Assembly: GCA_964016885.1 (NCBI GenBank)
Contig: OZ024743.1
Location: 219,418,001-219,482,000, forward strand
Reading direction: 5' to 3'
Length of the DNA stretch: 64,000 nucleotides
Source of the DNA: Eledone cirrhosa
Taxonomy: Eukaryota
The notes beneath the pieces are model-generated. The model searched no databases. It had not been told where the DNA came from and saw nothing but the letters and a program-made list of their open reading frames with translations. The number at the start of each line of letters is the position of its first letter. Within the stretch, counting starts at the first letter, position 1. The position numbers and the translations under genes were made by a program. Of the stretch, positions 14,801-26,429 are shown piece after piece.

Positions 14801-16166
14801 TATACATCTTACACTAATATTTATAAGATAATTTATAATAACAATTACATAATCTAATTACATTACAACGATAATTTATTATTAATATATATCCTGTTTA
14901 ACTAGAGTTATTACAAGCGTTGCCTTAAAAAAATATTAAACTAGACATGAAAAATGCGCAAGCTCAAAAGTGCCACAGAATGTTATAATAAACCTTCAAA
15001 AGTGTGGGACTAGAGTTGTTGCTAAAAAATATTGTAATCATAGTAATCATTATATATCGTACATTCTGTGGCATCCTTTATAAAAATAGCTTAAACCAAC
15101 GAAGCCTTTATTTTTACGCTATTTCACTTAGTTAATTCTTAGAGTGTAACATATAAAAATAAATACATCTATGTTTAATGTAATAACAGCTATAAATAAT
15201 TACGTAATATTATTATCATATACTCATAGTAACAAAATAATTGTGTTGAAAATTAATATGATGCTTATATGAACGATCAAATCTATAATGATAATTTCTT
15301 AAATATACTAATAGTAAAATAATTTAGTTATCTATTGTTACATTTTCATAGAACTATAATATTAACAATCGTATTGCATTATCAAATTTTTATCACTACA
15401 AACTTTCATATTGGAATTACCTTAAGCCACTTATTATTACTTCGCTTTCGTACTTTTACAGCTGTAGATATTGCGCTGTATCTTATATCTAATATCAATA
15501 TCTCATGGTAATTTGCATGCAGTGTAAAATAGGTTTATTAATAACTTTAATATGAAATGTATTATACAGGGCTGCGGAGTCGGCCAAAAATTGACTGGCT
15601 CCAACTCAGGATCCGATACTCCATTATTTCCTAAATTTCAGCTCCGCAGCTCTGTTATTATATTAATTAATTTATTTTATAGTTGTAAATCATATTTTTA
15701 TATGTTACACTCTAAGAATTAACTAAGTGAAATAGCGTAAAAATAAAGGCTTCGTTGGTTTAAGCTATTTTTATAAAGGATGCCACAGAATGTACGATAT
15801 ATAATGATTACAATATTTTTTAGCAACAACTCTAGTCCCACACTTTTGAAGGTTTATTATAACATTCTGTGGCACTTTTGAGCTTGCGCATTTTTCATGT
15901 CTAGTATATATATATGTATGAGATTTGTATATATTTATATGTATGAGATTTGTATATATATATATATATGAGATTTGTATGTGATATAAACTGTGTTTGC
16001 ATATAAATATGTATGTATACGCCATTTTCGTTCTCACAAAAATTCCGTTAGTTCAGCATGTGCTAACTAAATGCTGTGATTTTCTATATATGTTAAAAGA
16101 GAGCGATTGTTATGAGGACTTTGTATAAGATAAGTGTTTATATTTATGTCTCCAAACTTTTTTGGT

Positions 16167-16219
<53 letters not shown>

Positions 16220-19200
16220 TATATATATATATATATATGAGATATATATATATATATATATGAGATATATATATATATATATATGAGATATATATATATA
16301 TATATATGAGATATATATATATATATATATGAGATATATATATATATATATATGAGATATGTATATATATATATATATGAGATATGTATATATATATATA
16401 TATGAGATATGTATATATATATATATATGAGATATGTGTATATATATATGTATGAGATTTGTATATATATATGTATGAGATTTGTATATATATTTCTGTA
16501 TGAGATTTGTATATATATATGTATGAGATTTGTATATATATATATATATGTATGAGATTTGTATGTGATAAAAACTGTGTTGAATGTGTTTGCATATAAA
16601 TATGTATGTATACGCCATTTCCGTTCTCACCTCCAACCCACCCACCCCACCTCCAGCACATTCAGTATACATGGCTGATGCTGTATGCTAACCACTCCCT
16701 CGTGTATATATATCATAGAATAGACAAGGGGCGGATGGAGGCTCCGGTAGCCGTAGTGTAGGCAACCCGTCTAGGAGAGCTACCACTCCAAATAAATTGG
16801 TGCGGGGTAGAGAAGTCTCCTAAATCCAGTAAGACAACTTCCCTAGTGCTGGTGGCACGAATAAAAGCACCCAGTCCATGCTGTAAAGTGGTGCTGGTGT
16901 TAGGAAGGGCATCCAACCATACTACTGCCAAAAACTGAGCACAACAAATGAGAATTGCAACAATTGCGTAAACAGCAATAACACTACCCATGTTAGGGCT
17001 GCGCACGGTAGTGGGGTGGCTGGTGCGCCATGTGCGAGAACCCCACCGACCATCATCAAGCAATCGCACAACAGGAGCAAGAACAAGAATATGATGACGT
17101 CGCATCTCAGACTTGCCACACTTAATGTTGGCACTCTAACAGGTAGATCTGGTGAGATAGTGGAGATGCTGGAGAGAAGGCATGTGGATGTGTGCTGCGT
17201 GCAAGAGGTGAGATGGAGAGGTGCCTCTGCAAGACTAATCGCAGGCAAACTCTTAGTTATAAGCTTTTCTGAGTGGGTAATGATGATGGGTTAGGCATTT
17301 TACTGGCTGAGAGATGGATCGATAAGACAATAGAGGCAGTTAGAGTTAGTAATAGAATAATTAAGCTTAGATTAGTTGTAGGCAAGAGACTACTGACAAT
17401 CACCTGCTTATGCTCCCCAGGCAGGCCTAGGTGAAGAAGAGAAAGACTGCTTTTATGAGCAACTTTTACAAACAGCCACAATGACAGAGGATGGAGACAT
17501 CGTTATGCTAGCAGGGGGCTTCAATGGTCATGTTGGACAGCTCCAGGATGGATACACTGGGGTACATGGTAGGCACGGTTATGGCTCAAGAAATGAAGGA
17601 GTGCGGCTTCTTGAATTTTGTGATGTAAGTGCACTAACCATTTGCAACACTAACTTCAAGAAACCTGCCAACCACCTAATAACCTACAAATCAGGCAAGC
17701 ACATAAGCCAGATTGACATCTTGCTAGTTAGACAGTGAGACAGACAGATGGTGTCAAATACTAAGGCATACCCCAGAGAAGAATGTACCCCACAGCATAG
17801 GTTAGTCGTTAGTGACATCTCAGTAAGCAAGAGATGGAATGAGACATACAGGAAGGTGTGGAAAAGAAAGGTCTGGAAGCTAAAAGATCTTTCACTAAAA
17901 TATAAATTTAGGAAAGCCCGTCAAGATATGTATGACGAAAAAGAAGACGATTTAGAGTCATATGACATAGATGATAACTGGAATTTCTTACGTGACAACT
18001 TACTGCAGGCTGCTGAAGAAACTTGGGGCTGGAGCAGAGCTCCAACCAGCCACATGGTGGTGGAACAGCACAGTAGATAGGGCCATAGAGACAAAAGACT
18101 AGCATGGAATGCTTGGAAAAATGGTGGGAGTAGAGAACGATACACAGCCGCTAAGAGAGAAGCTAGATGTCAGGTGTACTTAGTACGCAGGGAGGCTGAG
18201 AGTAGGAGGTTTGCCAATGTTCTGCGACGGGAAGATCAGAGACGTGTAGTGTTCTGCATTGCAAGGCAGTATGTCAATGCAAATCAGGATGTTGTTGGAG
18301 ATAAGTGTCCCTGGAATGATGCCGGTGTACTTGGTGTCACGAATGATCAAAGAAAGGAGGCCTGGAAATTTCATTATGAGAGACTGATGAATGTGGAGAA
18401 CGAATGGGAGAGAGAGAAATTACTCTCAGTAGATCCGACAGAGGGACCAGTTATTGAGATTGACGAATATAGAGTCCAAGAGGCAATTAAGGAAATGAAA
18501 AATGGTAAGGCCGCTGGACCATCGGGGAATAGTTGCTGAGATGCTGAAGGCATCAGGGGACGTAGGCACTAAACTGGTTGCACGCATCATCAATTAGGCT
18601 ATATATGGCGGTGTCATACCCAAAAACTGGTGCAGCAGTATTCTCATAAATTGCTACAAAGGTAAAGGGATGCTCTGGACAGGAGCAATTATAGGGGTAT
18701 AAAACTGATGGATCAGGTTATGAAAATGGCAGAAAGGATATTAGCGCAACTAATTAGAGAAAGGGTCAAACTAGATGAGATGCAGTTTGGTTTTGTGTCT
18801 GGGAAGAGTACAACAGATGCCCTCTTCTTGGTGAGACAACTACAAGAGAGGTTTTTAGAGAAGAATAAGCCACTATACTTAGCTTTTGTTGACCTAGAGA
18901 AGGCCTTTGATAGGGTACCCCGATCTGTCATCTGGTGGTCCCTATGGAAACTAGGTGTTGAGGAATGGCTTGTGAGGACAATGCAAGCTTTATACAAAGG
19001 TGCTGTCAGTAAAGTGAGGCTAAGAATGGAGTTTAGTGAGGAATTCCAGATACAAGTAGGAGTACATCAGGGTTCGGTCCTCAGCCCGCTCTTGTTCATT
19101 ATAGTCCTCCAAGCCATAACAGAGGATTTTAAGACTGGCTGCCCATGGGAACTTCTCTATGCTGACGATCTGGTTCTTATAGCAGAATCAGTAGAGGAGC

Positions 19201-20643
19201 TAGGGAATAAATTCTGGCTATGGAAACAGCAGTTGGAATTAAGAGGACTGAGAGTGAACCTAGCCAAGACAAAAGTGTTGATAAGTAGAAAAGAGGACAA
19301 AACTCTGATTCCATCAGGGAAATGGCCATGTTTGATATGTAGAAAAGGAACTGGCATAAATTCTATAAAATGTACACAATGCAGATCTTGGGTATACAAG
19401 AGATGTAGTGGGATAGCAGGCAAACTAACAAGGTAGGGAAAAATATGTATGCAGTAGATGTACAGGGAAATTTGACAGTAGAAGTTGCATTGATAGACAC
19501 ATTTTTCAAATGCAGGTAGGTTCTATAGAAGTGGTGGATAGCTTCCGGTACCTAGGTGATCAGAAAACATGGGAGGGGAGGTGTGTGTTCCGAGGCCATA
19601 GTATCTAGAATAAGGACGGGTTGGAAGAAGTTTAGGGAACTGCTTCCTCTGCTGACAAAGAAGGGTTTCTCCCTGCATACAAAAGGCCGGTTATATGATG
19701 CCTGTGTGAGATGCACGATGCTGCATGGTAGTGAGACATGGGCAGCAACTGCAGAGGATATGCAATGGCTGGAGAGAAATGAAGCAACCATGCTCCATAG
19801 GATGTGCAATGTCAATGTATGTGAACAACTGAGCATGGATGTGTTGAGAGAGAAACTGTGTTTAAGAGGGATAAGTTGTAGGGTGCGATGGTATGGACAT
19901 GTGATGTACATGGAGGATGACTGCTGGGTAAAGAAGTGGCAAGAAATGCCAGTAGAAGGAAGGCACAGTAGAGGAAGATCACAAAAAACATGGGCGGAGG
20001 TGGTGAGAGCAGACCTCAGATTGCTGAAGCTCACGGGAGAGGTGACAAAGGACCGTGACAAGTGGAGAGATGCTGTGCTGAATAGGACCCGTCCCACCCT
20101 TGCAAGCAGGAAAAAGAGGACGTAAAATGATGATGATGATGACAATATTTTGTAAACTAACCAAATGTTTACACTTCTAGCTTGATGCTTAACCCTTTAG
20201 CATTTACATTACTTTATATTTACTATTATATTTCCATGGTAAAGTCTTTACTTCACATAATTATCTCACATCAGTATGAGTTACAGCCAGTTTGAACAGA
20301 AAGAGGTGAGAGTATTGTGGTCGGATACGGCTGGTTTAAATGCTAAAGGGTTAAACAACCTCTAAAAAGATGGTAATTGGCAAACAGATGGTTCAATACA
20401 CTTACCTGGCTTATGAAAGATTTGTGGTTTGATTTCCACAAGCATCTCTGTCCACTTTTTTCACTGAACAGGGTATTTCACTGGACAGGATATTTCACTG
20501 GACAGAATATTTCACTGGACTTATTCAACTAGTTTTTATAGTTATAAACTATTACTTATAGTTGGTCACATTGTGGCTAACAAATTCCCCTCAATGTTTC
20601 ATAAATTAACCACAAAATGATTGATTAAATAGATAATTGAATA

Positions 20644-20700
<57 letters not shown>

Positions 20701-20761
20701 ATGTGTGTTTGTATATATATATATATAATGTGTGTGTGTGTATATATATATATATAATGTA

Positions 20762-20801
<40 letters not shown>

Positions 20802-21175
20802 GTGTGTGTGTATATATATATATGTATATATAATGTGTGTGTGTGTATATCTATATATATAATTCCCGTTCTGTGTGTGTGTGTAAAAGAGTTTCACTTG
20901 GAAAATATTCCATCCATCTCTGTCAAATTAAACACATAGCCAAAATAGGCTACGGTTTGTAACATAAAGAAAAAATTATTTCATAATGATTAATTTCGAA
21001 GTCACAAACTTCGATTTTATAATCTTATAGGCTTTTGCACTAACAAATTCCATGATGGCCATTAAAGAGAGAGAGCGTTCCTTTTACACACTTCTTAACT
21101 ATCCCCCTTCCACAACACGACGTTATGGGATTGTATGTGTATGTGCGTGTGTATATGTGTGTGTATGTGTGCGTG

Positions 21176-21221
<46 letters not shown>

Positions 21222-24200
21222 TTCCATAACGGCCAGAGAGAGAAGGATGTGTGAGAAGGAGATAGAAAGAGAGGAGTGAGAGAGAGAGAGTAAAATAAAG
21301 AAAGAGAGGAGTGTGTGTGACTTAACTCTCCCCCTTCCACAACGTCACGTCTTGGGATTGTGTGCGTATGTGTGTGTATGTGTGTGTATGTGTGTGTGTG
21401 TGTATGTGTGTGTATGTGTTTGTGTGTGTGTGTGTACGTGCGTATGTGTGTGCGTGTGTGCATGTGTGTGTGTATGTGTATAAATGTGTTAATTGTAAGA
21501 AATAACAGACGATACTTTAGCGATAAATACAGTGTTTATAATTTTAACTTATTTATTACACTTAACTCTCCCCCTTCCACAACGTCACGTCTTGGGATTG
21601 TGTGTGTATGTGTGTGTGTTTGTGTGTATGTTTGTGTGTGTATGTGTTTGTGTGTGTATGTGTTTGTGTGTGTGTGTACGTGCGTATGTGCGTGCGTGTG
21701 TGCATGTGTGTGTATAAATGTGTTAATTGTAAGAAATAACAGACGATACTTTTTATTCAAAAAATTAAACTCTAAAGCAGTTTTGATGTCATAAATCATA
21801 TTTTCAAAGTGAAAATAGTAATTTCTTTAATACTTATTCAGAGGTTGAAATATATTTACTGTTTGTCTATTGGTTTTTAATCAAATATTTACACATTGCT
21901 CAACCGACACTGCTAAACACGATATTAGCAAAATTATTTTGTAAGTATGAAAATCTAATATATAATTCCCGTGTAGAAAAAGCAGATGATAAAATATACT
22001 TTTTCATCTTGCTTATTATTACAAAAATTTACACATTGTACACAACTATATATTTCTTTTAATTGATTTGTATCAGCTTTATTCAATTACATATTTTCGG
22101 TAGAATGCCTCGAAAAAGAAAGAGTAACATTGGAAAAAAACAATAAATGCTTTTGCGTTGCGTTCTTTGCGCGCAAGCGAAACAGAAGAACAATGTGTGC
22201 TACGGCGTGCTCGCAATGCTGCTTCTACCTCGATCGCCAGAGCATTACAAACAACTGAACAAGCAGAACTCCAGCGTGCCCACAATGCTGCCTCTACTTT
22301 GAACATCAGAGCAACAAGGCTTGCGGCTGATTCTCAACGGAAAATGCGTACTTATGTCTTTCCGAGGGATTCTTCCTGTTACTGGTCTAAGAAAGGTTTT
22401 CAATACAAGCCCCAAGAGGACTACGCATCCCATCCACATATCATCATTGGTAGTATGTCAACTGTTTGCGTCCATTGTAATGCAATGAGGTGGCCAGCGG
22501 AATCTACCGGTATATGTTGCTCCAATGGAACGGTTACATTGCCTTATTTACAAGTCGGTGCCGAACCTTTGAATTCTTTGCTGCTTGGAGACCACCCTGA
22601 TTCTAAACACTTTTTCAGAAATATAAGAGCCTACAATTCGGCTTTCCAAATGACAAGCTTTGGTCATACACCAATAAAAGATGGGAATTATATGCCCACA
22701 TTTAAAGTGCAAGGCCAAATTTACCATCAAATAGGATCACTTATTCCACAAGATGGCAAAGAACACAGTTTTCTCCAGATCTACTTTATGGGCAACGGAC
22801 CTGAAGAAATTGCACGAAGGGCTTCAGTTGCTAAAGGAACGACACCTTCTCTTCTGCAGCCCCTTCAATATATGCTTCATTCCATAAACCCGTACATCAC
22901 CATTTTCAAAACTGCTTTACAACGTAGAGATGCTAACAACAATCAATACAAGGTTGTCATTCGAAATGACCGCGCTCCACCAGGGCAGCATCAGGATTGC
23001 TTTAATAGACCCCAAACCGATGAAGTTGCGGTGATTATAACACGTCCTAATCAGAGCGCTTCAAACCGTGATATTATTGAATGGCAGGACTCGCATCTTC
23101 AAAAAATAAATGAACTTCATCCCGCATATGATGCTCTCCAGTATCCATTGCTGTTCCCCTTTGGCGACGATGGCTACCGCATTGATTTGCAAAAGTGTAA
23201 TCCTGTAAGTTTAATGCAACTTACACCAGGGAAAACCATTTCACAAATGGAATTTTATGCATTTAGACTTATGTTTCGCAAAAACGACGTCAACATTCTG
23301 CATAGAACACGGATGCTCCTCAATCAATACTGTGTAGACATATTTGCTAAGATTGACACTGAACGCCTCCAATGGATAAGACATCATCAAAAGGAACTGC
23401 GTTCAGAAGAATACGGCAATCTACGTGACGAAGTAAACCGAAATGATCAGGCTAATGCTTCGGATGTTGGGCTTTCTGTCATTCTCCCATCATCATACAC
23501 TGGAGGCCTCCGTTACATGCATGAAAAAATGCAGGATGCTCTGACCTATGTCCGCCATTGTGGCCGTCCTGATCTTTTTATCACCTTTACATGCAATCCA
23601 AAATGGTTTGACATCCAGTCTCATTTACTGTTTGTCTTTCGGTTATTAATAAAAAAAAATTACACCTTGTTCAACCGACACGGCTAACGATACATTTCTC
23701 TATGTTCATATTTTAATGACACATATCTGTAAATAAAACTTGCTCTTTTTGAATACCGGCTCATTTTGTTTTATTGAAAGAGTTTTTAGCGAAAGTACTG
23801 GGTCACCAATATAGCGAGAATACTGGGTTGTATGAATGTAACAAGGAATACATTGTTTGTTTGTATAATATTTAATTAACAATGGTAGATAGTATAGTTG
23901 ACATGTCAAAGATGAGGATGATAGAATGAAGCAAAGTTAGTAGTTACCGTTTTGATTGCCAGGCAAATGCGGCTGGCAGAGGACGCCTGGCTAAGGCCAG
24001 GCGCCTGTTGGCCAAATGAATGGCAGAGCCAAATGAGAGGCTCTTGGCCTGGTGCCGAAAAGGCAATGAGAGAGTGAGAACTCAAAGTTGTTAGTTTTAT
24101 AGGGTTCTGACCGGAAGTTGCAGAAAGGGTTCTACTTCCCGTCTAGATCCAAACAAGGGAGACAACCGCTACAAGTTGATCAGGTAAAATTATCCTCCAA

Positions 24201-24306
24201 GTTAAACATACAACACGGAAATTGACCATTAACATTGCAGCCCTACCAAGAACTGACACCGTCCAATGGACGGGGGTCATTTGCTAGTATATATATATAT
24301 ATATAA

Positions 24307-24347
<41 letters not shown>

Positions 24348-24460
24348 AATGTGTGTGTGTGTATATATATATATATATGTATATATAATGTGTGTGTGTG
24401 TATATATATATATATATGTATATATTATGTGTGTGTGTGTATATATATATGTATATATAA

Positions 24461-24519
<59 letters not shown>

Positions 24520-24849
24520 TCATCATCGTTTAACGTCCATATTCCACGCTTGCATGGGTTTGGACGGGAGTTTTCCCACTTGAGGCAAGAGTGGTTGTCT
24601 TGCTCGCATAGGACTGTCTGGCGGGTTTTCTACGGCTGGATGCCCTTCCTAACACCAACCACATTTACAGTGTGGAACTGGGAGGTTTTTACCGTGTTAC
24701 CTACACGGCCACATTACAGCGTGGACTGTGTGTTTTTTTGTCGTGACACCCACATGACCTCATTTGTTTCGGCCTGGATGTTGTGGTACCAACATAACTT
24801 TACATTGAAAGGGGCGGTGTGGATGGGGTGGGGGTAGTGCGACGGGGTG

Positions 24850-24902
<53 letters not shown>

Positions 24903-26201
24903 CGACTGAATACGCATGTGTACTTTTTTCTCCCCAATTTATTTTCTCATTTTCCCCATTCCTTCCTCTCATCACTCTTTACTTTCTATTTATCTTCTAT
25001 TTCTAACTCTATTTTCTGATGAAGGACTAATGTCCAAAACGTTAAGATTCTCTTCCTGCTATTTCAAGCATTAAACTAATATATTTCTTCTATGTACTGT
25101 GTCATTTGTTTTGTTATTTTTGTTATTACTTCTACACACACATACACACACACACACATATATATATATATACACACATATATAAAGATAAATAAATACT
25201 TAACTAAATATAATTTAAAAGGAAAAAAATATCAATAAATAAAATAATATAGCTAAATAAAATTAAGAAGAAAGGAACTGTGCAAATATTTGTGTATGTT
25301 GCATTGGTGTTACCTTATTCATGTTTACAGTTGTAACTTGGTTTGTACTCTTGTATGTACACTGTCTCAGTAACTTGACTTAATATTGTGTGGTTGTGTG
25401 GATATATCTAACAGTCTTTTTATTGAGACATTGTGGTTGTCTAGTGTATACTGGTAAAACAAAACAGCTGAAGTAAGTCTTTTCAACATAGCAGTTCCAG
25501 TACTCCCTGAATCCTTCACTAATAGACTAGCATGGTAAGTCAGACACATCCCTCAATATGTCAGACACCATCCACTTGCTTTAAGACCACCTCCATGACT
25601 TAACCTTCCTCCCCAGCAGTGCAGTGTCAGTCCCACAGACCCAACCCCTGCCAATGCCTCACCAGCAAGACAAAGGACACTGAGCCCCCTACTGGTGTAA
25701 TGAGGTAGTGATGGTTATGAAAAAAAGCACCCAGTCCACCATGTAAAATGGTAGTGATAGAGTCATGATAAAATGCTCCAAGTACACACTGTAAAGTGGT
25801 TGGTTTTAGGAAGGAATCCAGCCATAGAAATCATGCTCCCAGCACACATTGTAAAGCAGTTGGCATTAGGAAAAGCATCCAGTCATAGAAAGAAAGCCAA
25901 AACAAAGTGTACAAGTAGGACATTGTCACCTGACCAGTTTCGCTTCAGCACGTGACAGCCATTTAAGCCATGCATGCATGAAAAATAAACATTAAACAGT
26001 GATGACGATGATGTGTTTTCTATGTCGTAGAATTTATGAATTTAACTGAATAGTATATTAAATCTTTTAACTTCAATATATTTATTGTTTGCAGGAAAAG
26101 TTTCTACCTGGATGGAATGGTTGACTGTGGCACAAAGTGAAAGACTGGATGCAAGGATACAGTCTGAACTCATTGATCAAAGAATTACATTTAATATTTA
26201 G
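3151..26201 (+). CDS. Cytosolic sulfotransferase (Sulfotransfer_1 family)-like gene, 5 coding exons, 299 aa
   Basis: Manually spliced exons 3151-3349, 5826-6143, 6836-6933, 8018-8195 and 26095-26201 total 900 nt, with GT-AG introns and consistent phases (1,1,0,1). SULT motifs occur in order: [66 protein letters not shown]...TVAQSE. Confidence 0.92.
3461..4043 (+). mobile_element. Probable solo LTR in SULT intron 1
   Basis: Starts TGTAG, ends CTAAA, flanked by 4-bp direct repeat CTAT; internal AATAAA near 3740; higher GC than flanks. Confidence 0.55.
4510..4660. repeat. ~21-bp minisatellite (gatcctttagatattgtga variants)
   Basis: About 7 visible tandem units. Confidence 0.8.
4778..4951. mobile_element. 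piggyBac-like MITE; family copies also at ~5000-5130, ~8600-8820, ~50560-50724
   Basis: TTAA-CCCTTTAGCAT...ATGCTAAAGGG-TTAG termini; internal sequence shared among copies. Confidence 0.65.
5826..6143 (+). CDS. SULT exon 2
   Basis: Acceptor tttacag|GT; encodes THWIWEV...PRVLNSHF...[11 protein letters not shown]...FMKGE; donor G|gtaaat. Confidence 0.93.
6836..6933 (+). CDS. SULT exon 3 (not in ORF track)
   Basis: Polypyrimidine tract then ctacag|TT; encodes [33 protein letters not shown]; donor gtaaat. Confidence 0.9.
7016..7300 (+). mobile_element. tRNA-derived SINE (family with TTGAGCAARACACT core)
   Basis: A-box TGGTCTAGTGG, B-box GGTTCAATTCC; core shared with 36062-36200 and 38082-38172. 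Confidence 0.7.
8018..8195 (+). CDS. SULT exon 4
   Basis: Acceptor ttttcaag|AAT; encodes [16 protein letters not shown]...CSFDKMKK...SFYRS; donor G|gtaagc. Confidence 0.9.
9071..10332 (-). mobile_element. Tc1/mariner transposon, full length, frameshifted transposase with DD36E-like spacing
   Basis: 30-bp TIRs (ca(c/g)g(g/a)gttggacaaaataatggaaacacct), TA on the left side; transposase pieces 9718-10143 (HTH, SGRKPKL), [10 protein letters not shown] near 9690, and 9123-9542 (QDNNAPIH...[10 protein letters not shown]...[12 protein letters not shown]). Confidence 0.95.
10362..10416. repeat. Short perfect hairpin (19-bp arms)
   Basis: tgttagaacacgaaaagtg ... cacttttcgtgttctaaca. Confidence 0.8.
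11930..12143. repeat. Inverted repeat, ~72-bp arms with 70-bp AT-rich spacer
   Basis: 11930-12001 is a near-exact reverse complement of 12072-12143. Confidence 0.85.
12200..12390. mobile_element. Pogo/Tigger-like DNA transposon end
   Basis: Ends ...gcgaggtatcactg-TA (reverse complement CAGTGATACCTCGC...GCGGTTCAACTATCGCGGATTC), a Tigger-style TIR; partner end not found. Confidence 0.5.
13095..13748 (+). mobile_element. CR1/L2-type LINE 3' fragment
   Basis: [17 protein letters not shown]...[13 protein letters not shown] (post-RT region), decayed; (TTA)n tail. Confidence 0.8.
14940..15905. repeat. Long inverted repeat (~220-bp arms, ~530-bp spacer)
   Basis: 14940-15161 is the reverse complement of 15693-15905 (one short indel). 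Confidence 0.9.
15567..15654. mobile_element. hAT-like micro-MITE
   Basis: TIRs CAGGGCTGCGGAG / CTCCGCAGCTCTG; 8-bp flanks gtattata / ttattata (7/8 match). Confidence 0.6.
16150..16560. repeat. (TA)n-TGAGA compound microsatellite within a dispersed repeat also seen at 8945-9070
   Basis: Visible periodicity; flanking sequence tgttaaaag(a/t)gagcgattgttatgaggac shared. Confidence 0.85.
16700..20141 (+). mobile_element. RTE-clade LINE, near full length, disrupted (APE + RT + Cys/His finger insert)
   Basis: [14 protein letters not shown]...CVQEVRW (APE); [34 protein letters not shown] (RT); (TGA)n tail; multiple stops and frameshifts. Confidence 0.93.
20193..20350. mobile_element. piggyBac-like MITE
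   Basis: TTAA TSD on both sides; TIR CCCTTTAGCATTTA. Confidence 0.75.
22105..23687 (+). pseudogene. Helitron RepHel N-terminal portion, truncated after Rep motif I, no helicase
   Basis: MPRKRKSN start frameshifted in an A-run into the 22158 ORF; CxxC...[62 protein letters not shown]. Confidence 0.9.
23800..24173 (-). mobile_element. LTR plus PBS stub inside the Helitron, same family as 58933-60791
   Basis: Reverse complement reads TGTAGCGGTTGTCTCCCTTG...CTAGACGGGAAGTAGAACCC...CAACCCAGTATTCTCGCTATA-T-TGGTGACCC. Confidence 0.85.
24517..24850 (-). mobile_element. RTE 3'-UTR fragment (family of 51689-55016)
   Basis: Near-identical to 36681-37015 and reverse complement of 54555-55016; (TGA)n tail. 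Confidence 0.85.
25011..25047 (+). ncRNA. Degenerate minimal hammerhead motif (GAAA to AAAA)
   Basis: CTGATGA aggac-taat-gtcc AAAA cg TTA; palindromic AACGTT; stem I weak. Confidence 0.45.
25720..26012 (+). mobile_element. Old RTE/SINE 3'-tail fragments
   Basis: Repeated ctgtaaagtggttgg..ttaggaagg..atccagc module and a gatgacgatgatg tail. Confidence 0.65.
26095..26201 (+). CDS. SULT terminal exon 5 (this frame not in ORF track)
   Basis: Acceptor gtttgcag|GA; encodes [35 protein letters not shown], matching the SULT C-terminal GxxGDWKxxFTVAQxE segment; AATAAA near 26260. Confidence 0.85.
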
Positions 26202-26429
26202 GATCACTCAGCCACGTAATAATAATATAAATAATAATAATAATAATATTATTAATAATAATAAAATAATAACAATAACAACATTAATGATAACAAAAAC
26301 AATAATTTCCTTTGTTTGCCTTTTGTAAGGTTTCTCTAGCAATCAGTTGCTATGTGTAGCATGTTAACTGGACTCAGATCAGTCCTTGATCTCAGATGCT
26401 TAATATATCCAATAATAATAATAATAATA

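Larger units (their letters stand above)
20850..24287 (+). mobile_element. Helitron, internally deleted, both termini present
   Basis: 5' A|TCTATATATATAATTCCCG; 3' hairpin CCGTCCA-A-TGGACGG (24259-24273) followed by CTAG|T; same (TA)n-AATGTGTG microsatellite on both sides. Confidence 0.85.

Noticed and set aside
26137-26328. ORF-track peptide MKDWMQGY…
   Set aside because: Wrong frame; the SULT terminal exon is read in another frame from 26095.
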